64,000 nucleotides of DNA from NCBI GenBank assembly GCA_041398545.1, contig JAWKUM010000016.1:10490-74489 (forward strand), in the 5' to 3' direction. Shown here piece by piece: positions 27,408-34,567 of this stretch (positions within the stretch are counted from its first letter, which is position 1; every line of letters starts with the position of its first letter). The translations under genes were made by a program, and so were the position numbers. A model generated the notes under the pieces. The model saw nothing but the letters and a program-made list of their open reading frames with translations, made no database searches and had not been told where the DNA came from. Source of the DNA: Planctomycetota bacterium (GTDB lineage: Bacteria > Planctomycetota > UBA1135 > GCA-002748355).

Positions 27408-28354
27408 GCCCACGGGTCCGCTTCCATGACGAACGGCTTGCGGCCGACCCGGTCGAGGGCGAAGCCGTCGAGGAGGGCGGCCGGGGGGGCGGGGAGGGGC
27501 TCGGGCTGGAGGCCGGCCGTCCAAGCCAGCCAGCCGACGACGCGCTCGGCGCGGATGCCGCGCTCGCGGTACCAGGCCAGGCGGGTGTCGCCGTGGCGCT
27601 TGGCCAGGCGGCGGCCGTCGGGACCCAGGACGAGGGGCATGTGGGCCCAGCGGGGGGACGGGAGGCCGAGGGCGCGTTGGAGCAGGAGCTGGCGGGCGGT
27701 CGAGGTCAGCAGGTCGTCGCCGCGCAGCACCTCCGTGACGCCGAAGTCGGCGTCGTCGACGACGACCGCGAGCTGGTAGGCAGGCTGGCCGTCGCGCTTG
27801 GCGACGACGAAGTCCCCGCAGTCGGCCGCGACGTCGACCTCGACCTCGCCGTGGACGAGGTCGTCGAAGCGGACGCGGGCGTCGTCGGGCAGCCGGAACC
27901 GCCACGCCGGCTCGCGCCCGGTCGCCGCGCGGGCCTCGTCGGCGTCGGCGAAGCGCCCGCGGCAGGTGCCGGGGTACGGCACGCCGTGGTCGGCCGCCTC
28001 CTGCGGCGCCGACTGCGCCCGCTCGATCTCGCCCCGCGTGCAGGTGCAGGGATACACGAGGCCCTGGGCCCTGAGGTGGTCGAGGGCCTGCTCGATGCGC
28101 GGCACGCGCAGCGACTGCAGGACCGGCTCGCCGTCCCAGTCGAGGCCGAGCCAGCGGAGGTCGTCGAGGGCCTGCTCGACCGCGCCCTGCTTGACCCGCG
28201 GCCCGTCGAGGTCCTCGACCCGGCACAGCAGGATTCCGTCCTGGCTCTTCACGGAGAGCCAGGCGAGCAGGAAACTCCTGGCGTTGCCGAGGTGCAGGGC
28301 CCCTGTCGGGCTGGGCGCCAGCCGGCCCACGAGCTCGTCCGGTCGGAGGACCAT
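27404..28354 (-). CDS. gluQ: tRNA glutamyl-Q(34) synthetase
   Basis: 316-aa tail of ORF 27404-28771 from ATG 28354: GRLAPSPTGALHLGNARS, YPCTCTR, YPGTCR, AYQLAVVVDD, VLRGDDLL, LAKRHG. Confidence 0.85.
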   Translation of the reverse strand: MVLRPDELVGRLAPSPTGALHLGNARSFLLAWLSVKSQDGILLCRVEDLDGPRVKQGAVEQALDDLRWLGLDWDGEPVLQSLRVPRIEQALDHLRAQGLVYPCTCTRGEIERAQSAPQEAADHGVPYPGTCRGRFADADEARAATGREPAWRFRLPDDARVRFDDLVHGEVEVDVAADCGDFVVAKRDGQPAYQLAVVVDDADFGVTEVLRGDDLLTSTARQLLLQRALGLPSPRWAHMPLVLGPDGRRLAKRHGDTRLAWYRERGIRAERVVGWLAWTAGLQPEPLPAPPAALLDGFALDRVGRKPFVMEADPWA

Positions 28355-29309
28355 GCCCGAAGCAGATCCCGGAACCCCTCCAGCTGCAAGCCCGGCAGAG
28401 GGCCTCGTCGTGCGCATCGACTCCAAGCGCTGCCACGTCGAGGTCGGGGACGCCGTCCTGCTCCTGTCACCCCAGGGGCGGCTGTTCCGCGGGCGCAAGG
28501 CCGCGCGCAACCCGATCGCCGTCGGAGACCGCGTCCGCGTGCGGCTCGACGGCGAGGGCGGCGGCAGCATCGAGGAGGTCCTGCCGCGCACGAGCAAGCT
28601 GTCGCGGGCCTCGGCCGGCGAGGGCAGCTTCGAGCAGGTCCTCGTCGCCAACCTCGACCAGGCCCTCGTCGTCTCGGCCGTCGCCGACCCCGAGCTCCAG
28701 CCCGACCTCGTCGACCGGATCCTGGCCGGCTGCGAGCGCGAGGGCCTGCGCGCCGTCCTCGTCTTCAACAAGGTCGACCTCGTCCCGCCCGACGACCCCG
28801 GGCCGGGGCACTGGCGCGCGTTCTACGAGGCGCTCGGCTACCGCGTCGTGCCCGCCTCGACGGTCACCGGCCAGGGCATCGACGAGCTGCGCGACCTCCT
28901 CGCCGATCGCCTGTCGGTGTTCTGCGGGCTGTCGGGGGTCGGCAAGTCCTCGCTGCTCAACGCGATCCAACCCGGCCTCGCGCTGGCCGTCGGCAGCATC
29001 AGCGAGCGCTGGCGCGAGGGCCGGCACACGACGACGCACTCGTCGCTGCTCCGGCTCGACAACGGCGGCCACGTCGTCGACACGCCCGGCATCCGCAACT
29101 TCGGGCTCTGGGGCGTGCCGCCCCGCGACGTCGGCGAGCTCTGGGTCGAGCTCGAGCCGCTGATCCCGCAGTGCCGCTTCGCCGACTGCCTGCACGTCCG
29201 GGAGCCCGGCTGCGCGGTCCTGGCCGCGGTCGAGGACGGCCGCGTCACGCGGCAGCGCTACGAGTCCTACCTCGAGGTCCTGGCCGACGCGCAGAAGGGC
29301 CGGCTCTGA
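28353..29309 (+). CDS. rsgA: ribosome small subunit-dependent GTPase A
   Basis: 318-aa tail of ORF 27798-29309 from ATG 28353: LVFNKVDL, FCGLSGVGKSSLLNA, GRHTTT, DTPGIRNF, CRFADCLHVREPGCAV. The true start could be further downstream. Confidence 0.85.
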   Translation: MPEADPGTPPAASPAEGLVVRIDSKRCHVEVGDAVLLLSPQGRLFRGRKAARNPIAVGDRVRVRLDGEGGGSIEEVLPRTSKLSRASAGEGSFEQVLVANLDQALVVSAVADPELQPDLVDRILAGCEREGLRAVLVFNKVDLVPPDDPGPGHWRAFYEALGYRVVPASTVTGQGIDELRDLLADRLSVFCGLSGVGKSSLLNAIQPGLALAVGSISERWREGRHTTTHSSLLRLDNGGHVVDTPGIRNFGLWGVPPRDVGELWVELEPLIPQCRFADCLHVREPGCAVLAAVEDGRVTRQRYESYLEVLADAQKGRL

Positions 29310-29476
29310 GCGGGGAGCAGCGCCCGGGCGGGCGGGCCGCCGCGGTTTTCCCGGGACGGGGTCAAGCGCTCAGGCCCTCCGGTCCGATGGCGGACGCGAG
29401 GGGTTCCCGTCCCCGGAGTCGGGCACCGGTCGCCGGTGTCCGCGGGGCGCCCCGAGATCCCCGGGAGGATCGATCC

Positions 29477-29722
29477 ATGGTGGAGGAGCACCGCAACTCA
29501 ACGAGGGAGCCGCTCGACGGGAGCGTGCAGGTGCGCCTCCGCCAGGACCTCGTCTGCGGGCCCGGCCAGAACCTCTCGCAGGACGGGGTCTACCTCGTCG
29601 CCAACGACGAGATCCCGGTCGAGGTCGTGCTGCCGGGCGAGAGCGAGGCGCGGAAGGGCTTCCTCGTCCGCGTGCACGCCCTGCGCAAGGGCGAGATCGG
29701 CATCGCGATCCGCTTCGCCTGA
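29477..29722 (+). CDS. PilZ domain protein
   Basis: 81-aa tail of ORF 27593-29722 from ATG 29477, with GGGAGGA at 29463-29469. RxxxR (RNSTR) and (D/N)xSxxG (NLSQDG) motifs are present. Confidence 0.65.
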   Translation: MVEEHRNSTREPLDGSVQVRLRQDLVCGPGQNLSQDGVYLVANDEIPVEVVLPGESEARKGFLVRVHALRKGEIGIAIRFA

Positions 29723-29777
29723 GCGGTCGCCGCGGACGGTGACGGCTCCCCGGCCGGTCCGGCGGTAGCATCCCGCC

Positions 29778-30756
29778 ATGCTCGGAGGCACGGGGCTCCT
29801 GCTCAGGCGTCGACGGCGGCGGCAGCCGCACGCGCGCGCGGCTCTACGACGACGGCCGTGAGCCTGCGCACGCCGTCGGGCCGGCTCCAACCCCGGGGTC
29901 GTCGGCCCGGCGCGCGCCGTCGAGGTCGTCGCCGACTGCTGCCGGTCCGCGCTGGCCGCGGCCGGGGACGCCCGCGCGCCGCGCCTCGTCGGCGTCGGCC
30001 TGGCCGGCGCCGGCGGCCGCGAGGCGGCGCTCGCCGCGGACCTCGGCGCGCGGCTCGGCCTGCGTGCGGGTCGTCAGCGACCTCGCCGCGGCCTGGGCCG
30101 GCGCCTTCGCCGGCGCGCGCCCGGCCTCCTGGTCATCGGCGGCACCGGCGCGCGGCCATGGCCTACGACGGGCGGGCCCGCGTGCGCGTCGCCGGCGGCT
30201 GGCCGCAGGCTCGGCGACGGGCTCGGCCTACGGCCTGCTCCAGGCCCTGGCGCGCCGGCTCCTGGCCGGCGACGAGGCCGGGCACGAGCCGCTCGGCGAG
30301 GGCTTCGCGGCCGAGCTCTGCCGCCGCCTCGGCCTGGCCCGGGTCCGCGACCTCGTCGCCCTGTTCCGCGACGACCCGGGCCTGGAGGCGCTCGAGGCCG
30401 GCCTCGGCCTGCTCCGCGAGGCCGCCGCGGAGGGTCGGCCCACGGCCCTGGCCCTGTGCCACGAGGCCGCCGACGAGCTCGCGGCGATGGCCGGGCGGGC
30501 CGCCGGCGACCTCGGGCGCCGCTGCCCTGCGTCCTCCACGGCGGCCTCCTGACCGCCGACGACCCGCTGCGCCGCCGCCTGCTCCAGGCCCTGGCGGCGT
30601 TCGCGCTCGAACCGGCGGCCGCGCGCCCGGCCGAGGTCGGCGCCCTGGCCCTGGCCCTGGTCGGGGCCGGCGAGGCCGCCGCCCTCGGCGGACGGCGAGC
30701 TCCTGGCCGGCTTCGCGCGGGCCCTCGCCGGCTCCGCGGGGCGCGGCGGCGCCTGA
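29778..30756 (+). pseudogene. BadF/BadG/BcrA/BcrD-type ATPase (N-acetylglucosamine kinase-like), multiply frameshifted as assembled
   Basis: Family segments are spread over three frames from ATG 29778: LLL(G)VDGGGSRTRARLYDDG; VVSDLAAAWAGAFAG; LLVIGGTGA; MAYDGRARVRVAGGW; LGDG(G)SAYGLLQALARRLLAGDEAGHEPLGEGF…ALCHEAADELAAMAGRAAGDLG; LPCVLHGGLLTADDPLRRRLLQAL. The assumed stop is TGA 30754-30756. Confidence 0.55.
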
Positions 30757-30762
30757 GCGGCC

Positions 30763-32496
30763 TCAGCGGGCCGTGTGGACGAGCAGCTCCTGGTGGTAGC
30801 GGCGCAGGAAGCTCTCGGCCCGGATGTTGCCGCGGACCTTGCCGTCGGCGTCGACGACCGGGGCGACCGAGCAGTCGTTCTGCTCGAACAGCGCGAACAG
30901 CGTCGCCGGCCTGGCGTCGTCCTGGACGACCGGCCAGCGCGCGTCCATGAGGTCCGAGACGAGCATCAGCGTGGCCGCGGTCCGGTCGACCGACAGCAGG
31001 TACAGGCTGCGGACCATGCCGAGGTAGCGCCCGTCCCGGTCGATGACCGGGTACAGGTCGAGGTCGCAGTCGACGACGACGTCGTGCGCCTTGGCCACGG
31101 TCATGTCCTCCTCGAGGCTGGTCTGGACCGGCTCGATGAGCTCGTCGAGGCCGAGGTCGGCGAGGATCCGCGCGTCGAGGGCGATGCCCTGGCTGCCGGC
31201 CCGCTCCTCGAGCTTGCGGTGGTAGAAGCTGCCCGGCCACAGGTGCTGGGTCACGAGGGTCGCGGCGGCGGTCACGACGATCAGCGGGATCAGCAGGTCC
31301 CCCGTGCCGGTGATCGGGGAGCCGGTGATCTCGGCGACCATGAAGATCGCCGTCACCGGGGCGTGCAGCGTCGAGCCGAGCACGGCGGCCATGCCGAGCA
31401 CGGCATAGGCGCCGACCTTGGCGATCTCGGCGCCGGGGAAGACCTGCGACAGGAAGCCGTGGTACAGCGTGCCGAGGCTGGCGCCGACGAGGAGCGTCGG
31501 CGCGAAGATCCCGCCGCAGCCGCCCGAGCCGAGCGTCAGCGACGTCGCCACGGCCTTGGCCACGAAGACGAGGGCCACGACCCACAGGCCGAGGGTCAGC
31601 TCGCCGTTGAGGAGGCTCTCGGTCTCCGAGTAGCCCTCGGCGAGGACCTGCGGCAGGGCGATGCCGATGAGGCCGACGAGCAGGCCGCCGATGAACGGCC
31701 GCGCCCAGGGGCGGACCGGCAGGCGCTTGAACGCGGCGTTGGACAGGTGGATGCCGCGCTGGAGCAGGAAGCTCGACAGGCCGGCGAGGAGCGCGAGGCC
31801 GAGGCAGAAGGCGAGGTCGAAGGTGCCGGTCTCGTAGACCGGGACCTCGAAGATCGTCTGGTCCTTGCCGATGAAGGCCAGGGCGACGAGGTTGGCGACG
31901 ACCGACGACAGCGCGATCGGGAGGACCTGGGTCGAGACCCACTGGCCCATGACGACCTCGATCGCGAAGAACATGCCGGTGACCGGGGCGTTGAAGATCG
32001 CCGAGCAGGCCCCGGCCACGCCGCAGCACAGCAGCGTCGTGCGCCGCTTCTCGGACAGCCGGAACGCCGTGCCGACGTTGGAGCCGATGGCGGCGCCGGT
32101 GAAGGCGATCGGCCCCTCGGGGCCGGCCGAGCCGCCGAGGCCGACGGTCAGCACCGAGCCGAGCATCTGCGTGAACATCGACTCGCGCGGCATGTGGCCG
32201 CCCTCGCGGTACGCCGACCAGATGACGTCCGAGATGCCGCGGCCCTTGTAGTGGGTCAGGCGGTCGAGGATCCACCACGAGGCCAGGGCGCCGACGGCGG
32301 GCAGCAGCGGGAACAGCCACGGCAGGCGGTCGTGGATGCCCTCGACCTCGGGCCGGATCCCGGCCAGGCCGATGTGCAGGCCGAGGCCGGCGACGCCGCT
32401 GCCGAGCCCGACGATGATCCCGACGAGGGCGAGGACCGCGAAGTCGCTCTGGACGTTGCCGATGGCCTCGCGGAACCTGCCGAAGGGCCGGGCCAT
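30763..32496 (-). CDS. ClC family chloride channel/antiporter with C-terminal CBS pair
   Basis: 577-aa ORF: GLGGSAGPEGP, GVAGACSAIFNAPVTG, GGCGGIFAPTL. The C-terminal ~150 aa carry two CBS-like repeats. Confidence 0.9.
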   Translation of the reverse strand: MARPFGRFREAIGNVQSDFAVLALVGIIVGLGSGVAGLGLHIGLAGIRPEVEGIHDRLPWLFPLLPAVGALASWWILDRLTHYKGRGISDVIWSAYREGGHMPRESMFTQMLGSVLTVGLGGSAGPEGPIAFTGAAIGSNVGTAFRLSEKRRTTLLCCGVAGACSAIFNAPVTGMFFAIEVVMGQWVSTQVLPIALSSVVANLVALAFIGKDQTIFEVPVYETGTFDLAFCLGLALLAGLSSFLLQRGIHLSNAAFKRLPVRPWARPFIGGLLVGLIGIALPQVLAEGYSETESLLNGELTLGLWVVALVFVAKAVATSLTLGSGGCGGIFAPTLLVGASLGTLYHGFLSQVFPGAEIAKVGAYAVLGMAAVLGSTLHAPVTAIFMVAEITGSPITGTGDLLIPLIVVTAAATLVTQHLWPGSFYHRKLEERAGSQGIALDARILADLGLDELIEPVQTSLEEDMTVAKAHDVVVDCDLDLYPVIDRDGRYLGMVRSLYLLSVDRTAATLMLVSDLMDARWPVVQDDARPATLFALFEQNDCSVAPVVDADGKVRGNIRAESFLRRYHQELLVHTAR

Positions 32497-32499
32497 CCG

Positions 32500-33186
32500 T
32501 CAGGACTCGAGATCGGCCTCGAGCAGCAGCAGGAGCTGATCGAGGTCGTCGGCTTCCTCGAGGTCCTGGCGCAGCTTGGGCGTGCGCAGGAGGTGGACGA
32601 CGCGCGACAGCAGGGCGAGGTGGTTCTTCAGCGACGTCGACAGGATCAGCAGCAGCAGCGTGACCGGCTGGCCGTCGATGGCCTTGAAGCCGACCGGCTC
32701 GCGCAGCCGCGCGACGTAGATCCTGGGCTCGTCGATGTGGCTGCTCAGCGGCTGCCGCGGGTGGGGCATGGCGACGCCGTCGCCGACCCCGGTCGTGCCG
32801 AGGGACTCCCGCTCGAGCAGGTGCTGCTCGAGCTCCTCCGGCGGCAGGCTCGCCGGCAGGGGGATGCTCCGCACGAGGTTCGCGAAGGTCTCCTCGACCG
32901 AGCCGCCGGGCAGGTCGGGCACGAGCCCGCCGCGGTGGATGGCGGCCAGGACCGGGTTGACCGGGGAGCCCTCCTCGCCCTCGAGCTGCGGGCGCTTGGC
33001 GGGCTCGCGCACCCGCATGCCCATCTTGCGGGCCCAGGTCTCGACCTTGATCCGGTCGAACCAGGTCTTGCCGTTGCGGGTCACGGCGGGGAGGACGCCC
33101 TTGCGCACCCACCGGGCCACGGCCTGGGTCGGGACCCCCAGCAGAGCGGCGGTCGCGGGGAGGTCGAGCTCGTGCCGGTGGTCCAT
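32500..33186 (-). CDS. HTH (excisionase/MerR-like) - PTS EIIA(Ntr/Fru)-type fusion protein
   Basis: 228-aa tail of ORF 32500-33594 from ATG 33186. The N-terminus is LPATAALLGVPTQAVARWVRKGVLPAV. The EIIA part carries the phosphorylatable-His context GVGDGVAMPHPR. The stop lies 3 nt before the ClC start. Confidence 0.8.
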   Translation of the reverse strand: MDHRHELDLPATAALLGVPTQAVARWVRKGVLPAVTRNGKTWFDRIKVETWARKMGMRVREPAKRPQLEGEEGSPVNPVLAAIHRGGLVPDLPGGSVEETFANLVRSIPLPASLPPEELEQHLLERESLGTTGVGDGVAMPHPRQPLSSHIDEPRIYVARLREPVGFKAIDGQPVTLLLLILSTSLKNHLALLSRVVHLLRTPKLRQDLEEADDLDQLLLLLEADLES

Positions 33187-33311
33187 GGAGGGTGGATGCT
33201 GCCTGACGTAAACGGGCGAACAGGCTATGCCGGCACGAGGCGATTGCAAGCAGAGCCTGGGCCGGACCCGCGCCGGCGGGGGGTGGCCGAGCCGGGGCCG
33301 CGGGGCGCGGC

Positions 33312-33575
33312 TCAGCTCTCCAGGCTCTCGCAGCAGGATCGGCCGGACCGGCAGGCCCTCGGCTCGACGAGCTCGTCGTCGGGCCCGACGTCGGTGCAGG
33401 TCTCCTGGCACCAGTAGTAGCCGTCGCCCGGCTCGGTGCGCCCGTCGCGGACCTCGTCGTCGAGGGCGTGGGTCAGGACCTGCTTGAACATCAGCCGGAC
33501 GCAGAGGTCCGGCGGCATGAGGTCGCGGTGGGTCGGCACGGCGTGGTCCTCCGGTGCCCGCTCGTCGTCGTTCAT
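33312..33575 (-). CDS. small Cys-rich hypothetical protein (87 aa)
   Basis: Tail of ORF 33312-34373 from ATG 33575, which overlaps the stop of the FAD subunit gene (ATGA). Six Cys, five of them in the last 32 residues (YYWCQETCTDVGPDDELVEPRACRSGRSCC). Confidence 0.6.
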   Translation of the reverse strand: MNDDERAPEDHAVPTHRDLMPPDLCVRLMFKQVLTHALDDEVRDGRTEPGDGYYWCQETCTDVGPDDELVEPRACRSGRSCCESLES

Positions 33576-34567
33576 CGCCCCGCCTCCCGGGCACGGTCGC
33601 AGGCCAGGAGCAGGGCCTCGACCAGCGCGTGCCTCGTCATGTCGACCTTGTACGCCCCCTCGGACAGCGGGCGGCACACGATCGCGGCCGCCGCCTCCTC
33701 GAACAGCCCCCGCGAGGGCTCCTTGCCGGCGACCGCCTCCTCGGCGGCCTTCGCGTGCCACGGCCGCGGCGCGACCGAGCCGAGCCAGCACGACGGCGCG
33801 GCGATCCGCCCGCCCTCGAGCCGCAGGGCGACGGACGCGATCGTCAGGGCCCAGTCGTAGCTCCGCTTGTGGCGGACCTCGACGTGGGCCGTCGACGCCC
33901 CGGTCCGCGGGATCCGCACCGACTCGACGATCGCCCCGTCGGGCAGGGCGTGGAGCCGGAACGCGTCGCCCTTGGCCGGGCCGGGGTAGACCTCGCGCAG
34001 GCGCTTGAGCCCGACCTGGTCGCCGGGCAGGCGCAGGCCGAGGACGGCGTCGAGCGCGCACAGCATCGGGGCGAGGTTCGAGCCCATGGTCACCGGGCAG
34101 TCGGTCCAGCCGAGGATCGCGTGCTGCTCGTTGCGGCCCTCGAGCGCGGGGCAGCCCTCGCCGCCCTTGCCGGCGCAGGCGACCTCGGCGTCGTGCAGGT
34201 ACCAGCAGCGCCCGCTCTGGAGCAGGTTGCCGGCCAGGGTCGCGCGGTTGCGGACCTGCGGCGTCGCCGCACCGGCCGCGGCCTCGCGCAGGCCGGCGAG
34301 CTCGCGCCGCGCGCCCTCGTAGAGGCCCGCGTCGGCGAGGTCGGCGAGGCGGACGTTGGCGCCGAGCAGCCACGAGCGATCGTCGTCGTCCCGGAACCCG
34401 GTCAGCGGCTCGAGGCGGTCGACGTCGACGAGGAGCGACGGGGCCAGCGTGCCGCGCTTGATGCGGCCGAGCAGGTCGACCCCGCCGGCCTTGAGCGTGC
34501 CGCCCTCGGCGAGCTTCCGGGCCGCGTCCTCGAGCGAGGCGGCCGCGGCGTAGGCGAAGCGGTTCAT
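33572..34567 (-). CDS. xanthine dehydrogenase family FAD-binding subunit (PaoB/CoxM-like)
   Basis: 331-aa segment of ORF 33572-37057 from ATG 34567: KAGGVDLLGRIK, PQVRNRATLAGNL. ATGA overlap with the large subunit stop. Confidence 0.9.
   Translation of the reverse strand: MNRFAYAAAASLEDAARKLAEGGTLKAGGVDLLGRIKRGTLAPSLLVDVDRLEPLTGFRDDDDRSWLLGANVRLADLADAGLYEGARRELAGLREAAAGAATPQVRNRATLAGNLLQSGRCWYLHDAEVACAGKGGEGCPALEGRNEQHAILGWTDCPVTMGSNLAPMLCALDAVLGLRLPGDQVGLKRLREVYPGPAKGDAFRLHALPDGAIVESVRIPRTGASTAHVEVRHKRSYDWALTIASVALRLEGGRIAAPSCWLGSVAPRPWHAKAAEEAVAGKEPSRGLFEEAAAAIVCRPLSEGAYKVDMTRHALVEALLLACDRAREAGR

Noticed and set aside
29343-29420. A possible fourth relative of the dispersed element in the rsgA-PilZ spacer. 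It has CGGTTTTCCCGGGA and CCTCCGGT at similar spacing, plus GGGGTTCCCG and CCGGAGTC.
   Set aside because: Only short blocks match and the intervening sequence does not align. Short TTCC/GGAA-containing hairpins also occur at 2733-2755, 13808-13862, 17374-17401 and 51366-51385, so this may be generic terminator or operator-like composition rather than homology.
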